Source: Candidatus Iainarchaeum sp.
Lineage (GTDB): Archaea > Iainarchaeota > Iainarchaeia > Iainarchaeales > UBA10219
Direction: 5' to 3'
Length of the DNA: 64,000 nucleotides
NCBI GenBank assembly: GCA_018304425.1
Contig: JAGVWE010000005.1
Coordinates: 96,001-160,000, forward strand
Below, piece after piece: positions 50,420 to 59,310 of this stretch. The notes beneath the pieces are model-generated. The model was not told the origin of the DNA. It saw nothing but the letters and a program-made list of their open reading frames with translations, and made no database searches. Both the position numbers and the translations under genes were made by a program. Every line of letters begins with the position of its first letter. Within the stretch, counting starts at the first letter, position 1.

Positions 50420-52081
50420 ATGCCCGGCCCCCTAGAACCGCGAAGGTCAAAGTTGTCTCGCTGGCCGCGCCTCCTTCGACCAGCGCTAGGGCCTGCGCCA
50501 GTTGAATGGCGCGGAAAAGCAGTGCCCCATACCATTGAATTCAATCCTGCCACCCAGCAGCACACGGGAATTAAGTCGGTGACCGTGGAACCTTTACAGG
50601 CCAGACACGTTGAAGGCCAGGAGAGCATCGGCTTACATCAAGTTGACATTCACTTGACTAGTGGGCGAACCTTTAAAGCGAGAATGCTGCCCGGGCTGGC
50701 CCGTGCACCGGTTGGAATTGTTTATCTCAAGGGAATGATTCCCCCTCCCGGCCAAAAAGCCGGTGTTGACCGGACTACATTCAGGGAAATGCGGAAAAGC
50801 GAGGAGGGCCAGAAGGCCTTTGCCGCCTTTGCGGAAGCCCAAAAGCTCAAGGAACAGAATATCCTCAAAGAGCTTTCCTCCAGGGGCCTGCCGGTCATCA
50901 CTTTTGAATGGACTGGCACCTATGAAAACAAGGAGTTTGGAAGTTTTACGGAAGCAACCATGAAGGCCGACATCGATCGGGCCATTCAAGCCATGCATTT
51001 ACTGACCGGCGCGAAAAAAGCGGTGCTGTCAGGGTGGAGTTTGGGTGCTACTGCCGCGTTATGGTATGGCGCCAAGCATGCAAACCGGCATGAGATCGCC
51101 GGCATACTTGGGATGAGCCCCTACCACGTGCAAAGAGAAGCGGGGCTTAGTGGCAGGCCCATAGGGATTCAACCAGAAGAAACCCGGGGACACGTCATAC
51201 AAAGAATCGTGTCCCCGCAGTACCGTGACATGGCGGCAGTCCAATTTGCTGAAAATTTTGAGGCAGGAAAAATTTTCGGGTTCCTGGGAGACCCATCCAT
51301 GAGGCGGCTGGCACGCCTTCGAGTACCCATTGTATTGACCCACGGGGAGAGGGACATTCTTTCCTTTCACGGCCGCACAGAGCGGATTGCTGAAGAAATA
51401 CGTAGATGGAGACAGGCACGAAACCTGCCAACCGATGACATTTATTATGAACGGGTGCCTGGCACCGGCCATGATGCAATTACTGGAAGCCATGGCCGAC
51501 TCCAGGGCCTGCTGGATTCACTTTTGTCAGACTTGTTTGGATTCCACCATACATTACACAGTTTCCCCCCTAGCGCAAGAAAGTTTGTACAAGAACTGCC
51601 ACCTGAAAAGCAGCTTTCGATACTAATCCATCACCTCGAACACCAGCCTACTGGAAAAAAGCGAATTCCTTTAAGGACATACCATGACGCTGACAGAAAG
51701 GCTTGGACCGAGTTTAAACCGGTCATGCCTGGCGTGCCGCCTGTGATGGTGCATGGTGTGGGGGATAAGGTAATAAGCCAGGAAACGACCAGACGATTGA
51801 CTGCGTTGCTTAAAACTATGAATGTGCTTCAGAGGGGACAAGACCAAGTGATACCCCAGCATTTGGAAATTGTGCGGGAGATGGGTATCCCGATGGATAG
51901 GATTCCAGCGAACCAGACGGCGGAGAGAACCGAATTAATTGGAAGATTGAGAGCCCAGTTCGTTAAGTTATGCTATGAGACGGCCAAACAGGTGGGCGTC
52001 ACTCCACGGGAATTCCTGGTTTTGGCAAGAATATTCGTTGGGATGCCGGTTCGCCGGCTACGTCCACCAGCCGCCCCCTAA
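50420..52081 (+). CDS. Arg-rich alpha/beta hydrolase-fold protein
   Basis: GWSLG nucleophile elbow, HGERD, GTGH; more AT-ending codons than neighbours. Confidence 0.75.
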   Translation: MPGPLEPRRSKLSRWPRLLRPALGPAPVEWRGKAVPHTIEFNPATQQHTGIKSVTVEPLQARHVEGQESIGLHQVDIHLTSGRTFKARMLPGLARAPVGIVYLKGMIPPPGQKAGVDRTTFREMRKSEEGQKAFAAFAEAQKLKEQNILKELSSRGLPVITFEWTGTYENKEFGSFTEATMKADIDRAIQAMHLLTGAKKAVLSGWSLGATAALWYGAKHANRHEIAGILGMSPYHVQREAGLSGRPIGIQPEETRGHVIQRIVSPQYRDMAAVQFAENFEAGKIFGFLGDPSMRRLARLRVPIVLTHGERDILSFHGRTERIAEEIRRWRQARNLPTDDIYYERVPGTGHDAITGSHGRLQGLLDSLLSDLFGFHHTLHSFPPSARKFVQELPPEKQLSILIHHLEHQPTGKKRIPLRTYHDADRKAWTEFKPVMPGVPPVMVHGVGDKVISQETTRRLTALLKTMNVLQRGQDQVIPQHLEIVREMGIPMDRIPANQTAERTELIGRLRAQFVKLCYETAKQVGVTPREFLVLARIFVGMPVRRLRPPAAP

Positions 52082-52255
52082 AGGCTATTTCCAGTTTTTA
52101 ATCGGGTTCTTGTAATCCTGCTATTCCTTGTACGGTTACGGGAAGGGGAAAGTCGATTGCGGCCCATAATTGCTTTTGCCCTTGTAGGCAAGACAGGGAC
52201 CTGTGATTAAACAAGGGAAGCAACCTATATTTTCCCGAATGGGCCATATACTGCC

Positions 52256-52831
52256 ATGTCGGCTCACCAGTATTGTCTAGAGAGCGGAGCGGCAGACGGC
52301 AATTGCCGGTTGTGCGTGCCGCTGCCTTCCCCCGGCGAGTTCTTCAAGGTGCCGGAACGCGAGTTGCTGGAAGGCATTGAAAAGAGAATGACCCTGGCCT
52401 CCGCCAAACTGGAACCCATTCTTTCCGTCCTCGTGGGCTTGCTGGAGGAAAACAAGCTGCGGTGCGCGATTGACTTCAGGGTCAAAAGCCTGGGAAGCAT
52501 CCACTTCAAGATGCTGATAAAGGCCCGGCCACCGGAAAAGATATACGACTTGCTGGGCATCCGGTTCATCGTTGACTCGGCAGAGGACTGTTACCGGCTC
52601 GCCAACCTGCTGCACATGGAATTCGACTTCGTCGCCAGCGAGTTCGACGACTACATTGCCAAGCCCAAGAACAATTACCGTTCCCTGCACACGGTCCTGA
52701 AATGGGACGAGGAAACAGCCTTTGAAGTTCAAATCCGGACCCAGAAAATGCACGAGGACGCGGAAAGGGGCAGCGTGAGCCACTGGCAGTACAAGATCGG
52801 CTTGCTGCAGCACGTCCCGGGCTTCACGTGA
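52256..52831 (+). CDS. Stand-alone RelA/SpoT (p)ppGpp synthetase domain
   Basis: RVKS..SI..K, DLLGIR, DYIAKPK, YRSLHT, EVQIRT..MH..AE.G...HW.YK. Confidence 0.85.
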   Translation: MSAHQYCLESGAADGNCRLCVPLPSPGEFFKVPERELLEGIEKRMTLASAKLEPILSVLVGLLEENKLRCAIDFRVKSLGSIHFKMLIKARPPEKIYDLLGIRFIVDSAEDCYRLANLLHMEFDFVASEFDDYIAKPKNNYRSLHTVLKWDEETAFEVQIRTQKMHEDAERGSVSHWQYKIGLLQHVPGFT

Positions 52832-52833
52832 GA

Positions 52834-53346
52834 CTATTTCTCATCCAACAACTTTTCGGTGAGGTCGGCAAAATCAAAGCGGCTGAACCGCGTTTCGTCG
52901 AGGATGATGAGCGCGCACTTGGGGTCCTCCAGGAGATAGGGGAACCCGCCCAGGAACGCCTTCAATTCGGTCAACTTGTTGTGGAACTCCCGGTAGTCCC
53001 GGAAATGCGCGAAATGCGTGCTCTCGGTTTCCTCGAAGCTGGCGACGATGGGCTTCAAGATTTCCAGGATTTTCGCCTTGGCCGCCTTCCGGTGGGCCGC
53101 GGAAGACAAGGGGTTGACCTTGAAGTGAATGGCGCCCAGATACTTGCATCCAAGGGCCTGCAGGTTCACCCACGCTTTTTGCACGAGATAACCCTCTTCC
53201 AGCAACCGGTTTTTGATGGCTGAAACCGTGGAAACACTTAAGCCCAGCTTGCCGGCAAGGGAACTATTCGTCAATTCAGGAAAGCGAAGCAAGGCCACCA
53301 TCACCTTTTTCTCGCGATGGGTGAGGGTTTTCTTCATCCGCTTCAA
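52834..53346 (-). CDS. Lrp/AsnC-like winged-helix regulator
   Basis: N-terminal HTH (P.LTNSSLAGKLGLSVSTV..IKNRL), paralogous to the next gene. Confidence 0.75.
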   Translation of the reverse strand: MKRMKKTLTHREKKVMVALLRFPELTNSSLAGKLGLSVSTVSAIKNRLLEEGYLVQKAWVNLQALGCKYLGAIHFKVNPLSSAAHRKAAKAKILEILKPIVASFEETESTHFAHFRDYREFHNKLTELKAFLGGFPYLLEDPKCALIILDETRFSRFDFADLTEKLLDEK

Positions 53347-53873
53347 GGCAATGCCTCCAACTTGTAAGCAAAGAGCTCCCGGAGTTTGTCGGTGAAATCA
53401 AAGAAGCGCTCGGTATGGGCAAGCTTCACGGGGCTCATGACCAGCGTGGTTTCGGCGAGAAACCCGAGCGCCGTATACCGATCCACCCACAGCTCGTGCA
53501 ACAACCACTTGACTTCCGCGTAATCCCGCCCCAAAAAAAAACCAAGGTAATCCGTATCAGTCGTTTTCGCAAAAACAAGGTAAGGCACTCTCGAAATCTT
53601 GGCAAAAGCGGCGGTCTGCCGCCGCTTGGTAAACTGGATGCCGGGCTTGAACGAACCAAAGCAGGCACCCATCACGGTTACGTTCAACCGTTCCAGGTTA
53701 GGCAAATAAAAGTTTTTCACCACGCCTTTCCGGGTCAAGCGGTTGCGGACCGCGGTAAGCGAGGAACGCTTGACTTCCAGCCGCTGCGCCAACTCGACGT
53801 CGTTCAGGTCCGGATAGCGGCAGATGCCGTACAAGACCTTCTTCTCCAAGGACATGAGGCGAACCGGTCGCAT
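53343..53873 (-). CDS. Lrp/AsnC-like winged-helix regulator
   Basis: HTH (PDLNDVELAQRLEVKRSSLTAVRNRL); stop overlaps next start. Confidence 0.75.
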   Translation of the reverse strand: MRPVRLMSLEKKVLYGICRYPDLNDVELAQRLEVKRSSLTAVRNRLTRKGVVKNFYLPNLERLNVTVMGACFGSFKPGIQFTKRRQTAAFAKISRVPYLVFAKTTDTDYLGFFLGRDYAEVKWLLHELWVDRYTALGFLAETTLVMSPVKLAHTERFFDFTDKLRELFAYKLEALP

Positions 53874-53960
53874 GACCTCTTTTATGCCCCTGAACGAATT
53901 TAATGATATCCGTTCGCCAAAAAACGCCGGAAAAGCCGGAAAAAGGCGAAAAAAAAGGAG

Positions 53961-54043
53961 TGCGGGAGGGCGGATTCGAACCGCCGTAGCCGCTAGGGCG
54001 CGGGCCCTCAACCCGGTGTCGTTGGCCGCTTGACTACTCCCGC
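53961..54043 (-). tRNA. tRNA-Leu(GAG)
   Basis: GCGGGAG/CTCCCGC acceptor, loop TTGAGGG, long variable arm. Confidence 0.92.
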
Positions 54044-54070
54044 AACTGACGAGGCGTCAGTTGACACCGC

Positions 54071-54103
54071 ATACGTCGTCCCATCTGCGATGGGACATAA
54101 ATA
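54071..54103 (+). repeat. Second hairpin repeat, copy 1
   Basis: ATACGTCGTCCCATCT..CGATGGGACATAAATA, inverted match at 59094-59138. Confidence 0.75.
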
Positions 54104-54132
54104 TACCAGTATCAGCCTGACCGCTTTAACTA

Positions 54133-54552
54133 TTACTTCTTGAGGTGGGCTTTTATTCGTTCGCTTACGGTTTCAAGCCCGGGCATTTCGGCTTTGAAGC
54201 GATTGTGCACGAAGTTCAAGCCGTCATCCGCCTTGCGGGGAATCACGTGGAAGTGCACGTGGAAAATGACTTGCCCTGCGACCCGGTCGTTGGACTGCAA
54301 GATGTTGAAGCCCGGGCTGTCCGTGGCCTTCATGACGGCCGCACCCAGCTTCTTGGCGGCCAGGATGGCGGCCGCAAGTTCCTCGTCCCGGGCCTCGGCC
54401 ACGGTGGGCGCGTGCCGCTTGAGCACGACCAGGCAATGGCCGTCCGCAGCCGGATAGATGTCCATGAAGGAAACCACGTGCTCGTTTTCAAAGACTTTCA
54501 CACAAGGCAACTGCCCGGCCACGACCTTGCAGAACACGCAGTCCGAATTCAT
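54133..54552 (-). CDS. HIT-family hydrolase
   Basis: CVFC, GH.LV, AGQVIFHVHFHVIPR. Confidence 0.93.
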   Translation of the reverse strand: MNSDCVFCKVVAGQLPCVKVFENEHVVSFMDIYPAADGHCLVVLKRHAPTVAEARDEELAAAILAAKKLGAAVMKATDSPGFNILQSNDRVAGQVIFHVHFHVIPRKADDGLNFVHNRFKAEMPGLETVSERIKAHLKK

Positions 54553-55292
54553 TGAGTGCTTCCCTCTGCTGCTTTCTCGGGCTTGGAGATGTTCTCAATC
54601 TTTATCCAGAAGTTGAGGGCCTTGCCCACCATGGGATGGTTGAAGTCCACGCTCGCATGCGTGGCCGTTACCCCGACCACGGACAAAGGAAAGGGCACGC
54701 CCTCCGCGTACAACGTGTCCCCGACTTTTGGCTCGATGCCTTGCTGCTTCAATTCCGCCAAGGAACCCTCCTTGACCGGTTTGGGGTCGGGCAAGCCATA
54801 GGATTCCTCGGCAGACAAGTGAATGGATTTTTCCTCGCCCACTTTCATGCCGAGCACGGCCGCGTCAAAGCCCAGAATCATCAAGCCCATGCCGGCCACG
54901 AATTCCATGGGCCGGTTCCCGTTCTTCTCCGTGGAGTCAAACACGGTGCCATCGTCAAAGGTTCCCTTGTAAAACACCCGAATGGTGTCGCCCTTTTCGA
55001 CGACCAAGCCGTCAACGGGAGGGGTTGCCTCCGCCACCGGGCCAACGGCCGGAGCCACTGGAGTCACCGGGGCCGGCGTGGAAAGCGCTTCCGTTGCCGG
55101 TGCGGGTGCTTCCACGGACAAGGGCTTTACCGGCTCTCCGCCAGCCACGGCACTGGGCCTTCCGCTGCCTGCCTGGGTGCTTGTACCCGCCTGGGTGCAA
55201 CCCAGCACCAACAAGACGCCCATCAACGCCACGAAAACAGTGAAGTTCAAGTCATTCCCCTCCTCGTCAACGCCAAACAGAAAGCGATTCAA
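54549..55292 (-). CDS. FKBP-type (SlyD-like) PPIase with lipoprotein-like N-terminus
   Basis: LGC lipobox, Pro-rich linker, VFYKG..DDG.VFDS, DFNHPMVGK; true start probably downstream of 55292. Confidence 0.88.
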   Translation of the reverse strand: MNRFLFGVDEEGNDLNFTVFVALMGVLLVLGCTQAGTSTQAGSGRPSAVAGGEPVKPLSVEAPAPATEALSTPAPVTPVAPAVGPVAEATPPVDGLVVEKGDTIRVFYKGTFDDGTVFDSTEKNGNRPMEFVAGMGLMILGFDAAVLGMKVGEEKSIHLSAEESYGLPDPKPVKEGSLAELKQQGIEPKVGDTLYAEGVPFPLSVVGVTATHASVDFNHPMVGKALNFWIKIENISKPEKAAEGSTQ

Positions 55293-55441
55293 CCCATCAA
55301 TTAAACTCCTGGAAGGAATTTAAAGGTATTCCCGGAAAAACCCCCCAAAAACAGGCGACCAAAGGCTTAAATACGAGTTATTTCCTCTTATAGTGGGTTT
55401 TTGGAACCCAATCAAGCATTTTCTGAATGGAGGGGTAATGG

Positions 55442-56074
55442 ATGGGATTCAACTTCGGTGCATTGCCAGGCGTCTTGACTAAGCCCAAGCAGGCTTTCAA
55501 GGACCTTGGCCCGCAAACCATGAAAGAAGGAGCAATTCTTGCCGCCTTGTTTTCAATTGTTGCCAGCGCCATATCTGGCGTGGTCGGCGGTCAAATGAAT
55601 GTAGTGGGTTGGGTGGTTGGAGCAGTCGTGGCAGCCATCATCTTGGTAGCCACCGGCTGGCTGGCAGCCATGCTGGCCAAGATGGTATTCCACGGCAGCG
55701 GAAACACCCGCAACACCGTGGGCTACCTGGGTTATGGCTCGTTCCTGGGCGTCGTTTCAGCCATCGTTGGCGCGGTGCTCGGCATGATGGGCCTGGGCAT
55801 GATGGGCAGCGTGACCCCCGCGAATGCCATGGCCATGGCAGGCGGCGCCCTCGGCGTTGCCGCCATCGTGGGCCTGGTTTTCTTCCTGTGGTCGCTCTAC
55901 ATCAACGGCGCAGCAGTGGGAACCGCGAACGGCATTCGCCTCATTTTCGGTGCGATTTCCTTCTTTGTCGCGGCATTAATCGTGGGCATAGTTGTGGGCA
56001 CGATTCTCGTCATGGTGCTGGGCATGATTGGCCTGGGCGCCATGATGGGCGGCGCAGCCGCGATAGCCGGATGA
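55442..56074 (+). CDS. Yip1-like membrane protein
   Basis: VL..P...F start, ~5 Gly/Ala-rich TMs, F.G.G....T...GY. Confidence 0.65.
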   Translation: MGFNFGALPGVLTKPKQAFKDLGPQTMKEGAILAALFSIVASAISGVVGGQMNVVGWVVGAVVAAIILVATGWLAAMLAKMVFHGSGNTRNTVGYLGYGSFLGVVSAIVGAVLGMMGLGMMGSVTPANAMAMAGGALGVAAIVGLVFFLWSLYINGAAVGTANGIRLIFGAISFFVAALIVGIVVGTILVMVLGMIGLGAMMGGAAAIAG

Positions 56075-56199
56075 TCAAACCAGTCGAGGATTGGCGCGGC
56101 TGGGAACAGCCGCGGCCCCTGTTTTTTCTTTTTCCCCTTATGTAGTGAGCCCCGGGAAAAGCATTTTTAAACACGATGGACGCCTATCAGTAAAGTATT

Positions 56200-56290
56200 G
56201 GGAGTTAAGGAGGTAAGTCACACTGCTCAATCCCCTTCGGGGGTGGCGCCTGTAACCGGGTGCTGCAGCTCCCTGGCTTACCTCTTTTCA
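56200..56290 (+). ncRNA. Candidate structured small RNA (unassigned)
   Basis: TTTTTAAA box 56164-56171; 11-bp helix GAGGTAAGTCA/TGGCTTACCTC enclosing UUCG and UAAC hairpins; T-run. Confidence 0.45.
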
Positions 56291-56359
56291 CTTACTCTGT
56301 TTTTCCGGCAAACCCCACCCCTTATTAATCGTTTTCGGATGGAATTGGATACCAGCGCC

Positions 56360-56538
56360 GCGGAGGTGGCAGAGTGGTCTAATGCGCCAGCCTGGAAAGG
56401 CCTTGAACCCTGTAAGGGTTTACAAAAGGCCTGCGAAAAGGGGTCATACGTTGTATGGCCCTGCCTGATAAGGCCGCAGGAAGGTTCCAGCGAGCTGGTT
56501 TCCGCAAGGAAGCACGAGTTCGAATCTCGTCCTCCGCG
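56360..56538 (+). tRNA. tRNA-Ser(GGA) with 95-nt intron at 37/38 (56398-56492)
   Basis: GCGGAGG/CCTCCGC acceptor, variable arm, canonical BHB (CTGG/CCAG central helix; AAA and CGA bulges). Confidence 0.92.
56398..56461 (+). repeat. Two-hairpin interspersed repeat, copy D inside the tRNA-Ser intron
   Basis: AGGCCTT..TTTACAAAAGGCCT-GCGAAAAG-GGGTCATAC..GTATGGCCC. Confidence 0.7.
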
Positions 56539-56608
56539 CTGCCCTTTCCTTCTTTTCCTGGATGGGGGACGCGCTTTGCCTTTTAACCTTTTCCCATCCT
56601 AACACAGT

Positions 56609-58417
56609 ATGGCAGCGAAAGACCTAATCTTCGTTCTCGATTTCGGCGGACAATATGCCCACCTCATTGCCAACCGCGTCCGCCGCCTGGGGGTTTACTC
56701 GGAGATCAAGGACCCGCTCACGCCCCTGGCCGAGCTCCGCAAAGCCAAGGGAATCATCCTCAGTGGGGGGCCGGGAAGCGTCTACGACTCCCAGGGCACG
56801 CCCTATAACCCCGAACTGTTCAAGACCCGGAAACCCGTCCTCGGCATCTGCTACGGGCACCAGGTGATGGGCCACGAGTTGGGCGGCAAGGTGGTTCCCG
56901 GCACGGTGAAAGAGTACGGCAAGGCCGCGCTCATGGTCAAGAAGAAAGAGGGCCTCTTTGCCGGCCTCTCGGACCACGAAACCGTGTGGATGAGCCATGG
57001 TGACACGGTCGCAAGGCTGCCCCCCGGCTTCGAAATCATCGGCTCGACGCCTGACTGCCCGCACGCGGCCATCGCGGACTTCAAGCGCAGGATGTTCGGC
57101 GTGCAGTTCCACGTCGAGGTAACGCATACCCCGCAAGGCGGGCGGATGCTGAAGAACTTCCTGTTCAAGGTCTGCAAGTGCAAGAAGAGCTGGAACGTGA
57201 AGGGGTTTGCCGCGCAGAAGGTGAAGGAGCTTCGAAGGGAAGTCGGGAAGAAGAACGTGTTCCTGCTTATCAGCGGCGGCGTTGACTCGGTGGTTTCGCT
57301 GGCGCTGCTGAACAAGGCCATTGGCTCCAAGCGCATCTATGCCTTGCACGTCGACCACGGCTTCATGCGCAAGGAGGAAAGCTTGGCCGTGGAGCGGGCA
57401 CTGAAGAAGCTCAAGATGTCGCCGCTGCACGTGGTGGACGCGGGCAAGGAATTCTACGAAGCCCTAAGGGGCGTGGTGGAGCCGGAGCAGAAGCGGAAGG
57501 TCATCGGAGGACTCTTCGTGAAGCTTGCCAATCAGGAGCTGCGGCGGCTGAACCTCAAGCCCGAGGACTGGCTGCTGGGCCAGGGCACGATTTACCCGGA
57601 CACCATTGAAAGCGCGGGCACGAGGCACGCCTGCCGCATCAAAACACATCACAACCGCATTGACTCGCTCAAGGAAATGATGGAAGCCGGTTTGCTGGTG
57701 GAGCCCATCAAGGAGTTGTACAAGGACGAGGTCCGGGAACTCGGCGTCCAGCTCGGCTTGCCCGGGGCAATCGTGAAACGGCATCCCTTTCCCGGGCCGG
57801 GGCTCGCCATCCGGGCCCTTTGCTCGAACGGCCAAACCGAACCCGTGCCGGAGGGCTTGGGGGAACGCGTGAACGCCTTGGCAAGCAAGTTCGGGTTGAA
57901 GGCCCAGGTGCTGCCCCTTCGAAGCGTGGGCGTGCAGGGAGACGAGCGCACCTACCGGTTGGCCGTGGCGTTGCAGGGCCAGGCAAGCTGGACCGCCTTG
58001 GAGGAATGCTCGACGCGGCTCACCAACGAGGTCAAGGAAGTCAACCGCGTGGTGTGGCTGCTTGAACCGAAGGCCATTGAATCGGTGAGGGTCAGGCCCG
58101 GCTATTTGACGCGCAGCCGGCTGGACTCGTTGCGGGAAGCCGATGACGTGGTCAACCAGGCAATGGCAAAAACCAGGTGGTATGACCGGATATGGCAGTT
58201 TCCCGTGGTGCTCGTGCCCCTCGCGGTCAACGCCGGAGAAGGCGAGTCCATCGTGTTGAGGCCGGTGTTCTCCACCGAGGCCATGACCGCGAAATTCGCC
58301 CCCCTGCCTCCCGCCTTGGTGGAGAAAATGGTGAAGGGCATCCGGAAACTCAAGGGAATAACGGCCGTGTTCTACGACGTGACGCACAAGCCGCCGGCCA
58401 CGATTTGCTGGGAGTGA
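56609..58417 (+). CDS. guaA: GMP synthase (fused glutaminase + ATPPase)
   Basis: LDFGGQY, GICYGHQ, SGGVDS, QGTIYPD, IKTHHN, HPFPGPGL, KPPATICWE. Confidence 0.97.
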   Translation: MAAKDLIFVLDFGGQYAHLIANRVRRLGVYSEIKDPLTPLAELRKAKGIILSGGPGSVYDSQGTPYNPELFKTRKPVLGICYGHQVMGHELGGKVVPGTVKEYGKAALMVKKKEGLFAGLSDHETVWMSHGDTVARLPPGFEIIGSTPDCPHAAIADFKRRMFGVQFHVEVTHTPQGGRMLKNFLFKVCKCKKSWNVKGFAAQKVKELRREVGKKNVFLLISGGVDSVVSLALLNKAIGSKRIYALHVDHGFMRKEESLAVERALKKLKMSPLHVVDAGKEFYEALRGVVEPEQKRKVIGGLFVKLANQELRRLNLKPEDWLLGQGTIYPDTIESAGTRHACRIKTHHNRIDSLKEMMEAGLLVEPIKELYKDEVRELGVQLGLPGAIVKRHPFPGPGLAIRALCSNGQTEPVPEGLGERVNALASKFGLKAQVLPLRSVGVQGDERTYRLAVALQGQASWTALEECSTRLTNEVKEVNRVVWLLEPKAIESVRVRPGYLTRSRLDSLREADDVVNQAMAKTRWYDRIWQFPVVLVPLAVNAGEGESIVLRPVFSTEAMTAKFAPLPPALVEKMVKGIRKLKGITAVFYDVTHKPPATICWE

Positions 58418-58423
58418 AAAACG

Positions 58424-59071
58424 TCAGGGCTTCAAGGCCTTGAGTTGTTCTACCGCTTCCGCTGGGTTGGCGGACGCGAAGACGGTGGTTCCGGCCACCA
58501 AGACGTTGGCTCCTGCCTTGAGGCAGCGCAAGCCGGTTTCCAGGTCTATTCCGCCGTCGACCTCGACGTCGCAGGCAATCTTTTTCTCTTTGAGGTAGCG
58601 CGCGAGTTGCTGGATTTTGTAGACCGCGTTCACGTTAAAGGCTTGGCCGCCAAAACCTGCTTCGACGGTCATGACTTGTGCCAGGTCGACGTCGGCGAGA
58701 AAGGGGAACAGTTTTTCTATGTCCACCCGGGCGTTGGCCGAAATGCCTTTGACCAGGTCGTTGACTTGCATGAGTTTGATGGTTTGCAGGGGGTTGGCAA
58801 CCGTTTCAACGTGGAAAATGGCCCCATTCGCCCCGGCCTCGGCAAAGGGCTTGATGAACCGGTCCGGGTTTGAAACCATCAAGTGGACTTCAATGGGGAG
58901 GTCGGTCACTTTCCGGAGGGCCTTGACGACGGGAACGCCCATGGAGAGGTTCGGCACGTAGTGGCCGTCCATCACGTCCACGTGGATGAAGTCCGCGTTC
59001 TTCACCTTGCCGATTTCCTCGGCCAGGTGCGCGAAGTCCGCGTTCAAGATGCTGGGACCGACTTTGACCAT
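58424..59071 (-). CDS. rpe: Ribulose-phosphate 3-epimerase
   Basis: PSILNADF, HVDVMDGHYVPN, MTVEAGFGGQ, VDGG. Confidence 0.95.
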   Translation of the reverse strand: MVKVGPSILNADFAHLAEEIGKVKNADFIHVDVMDGHYVPNLSMGVPVVKALRKVTDLPIEVHLMVSNPDRFIKPFAEAGANGAIFHVETVANPLQTIKLMQVNDLVKGISANARVDIEKLFPFLADVDLAQVMTVEAGFGGQAFNVNAVYKIQQLARYLKEKKIACDVEVDGGIDLETGLRCLKAGANVLVAGTTVFASANPAEAVEQLKALKP

Positions 59072-59093
59072 GACCATTACCTGCAGCAAAGCC

Positions 59094-59138
59094 TATTTAT
59101 GTCCCATCGAGCCCTTCAGGCGAGATGGGACGACGTAT
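59094..59138 (-). repeat. Second hairpin repeat, copy 2
   Basis: Same arms as 54071-54103 with a longer loop. Confidence 0.75.
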
Positions 59139-59167
59139 CGTGTGCAGCCGCCACCTTCAGGCGGCTA

Positions 59168-59239
59168 TGGACTGGCGGGGAATCGAACCCCGAGTCTCCG
59201 CGTTGCGAACGCGGCGTCTTACCATTCGACTACCAGCCC
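59168..59239 (-). tRNA. tRNA-Ala(CGC)
   Basis: GGGCTGG/CCAGTCC with G3:U70, loop TTCGCAA. Confidence 0.94.
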
Positions 59240-59240
59240 A

Positions 59241-59310
59241 AGGGCTTTTTACAAAAGCCCTGCGAAAAGGTGCCATTCTCACGAATGGCACGGCCTTTTT
59301 ACAAAGGGTT
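59241..59310 (+). repeat. Two-hairpin interspersed repeat, copy B (about 1.5 units) abutting the tRNA-Ala 5' end
   Basis: AGGGCTTTTTACAAAAGCCCT-GCGAAAAG-GTGCCATTCTCACGAATGGCAC-GGCCTTTTTACAAAGGGTT. Confidence 0.85.

Noticed and set aside
56488-56498. CGA as the tRNA-Ser anticodon
   Set aside because: BHB geometry places CG in the intron and gives GGA
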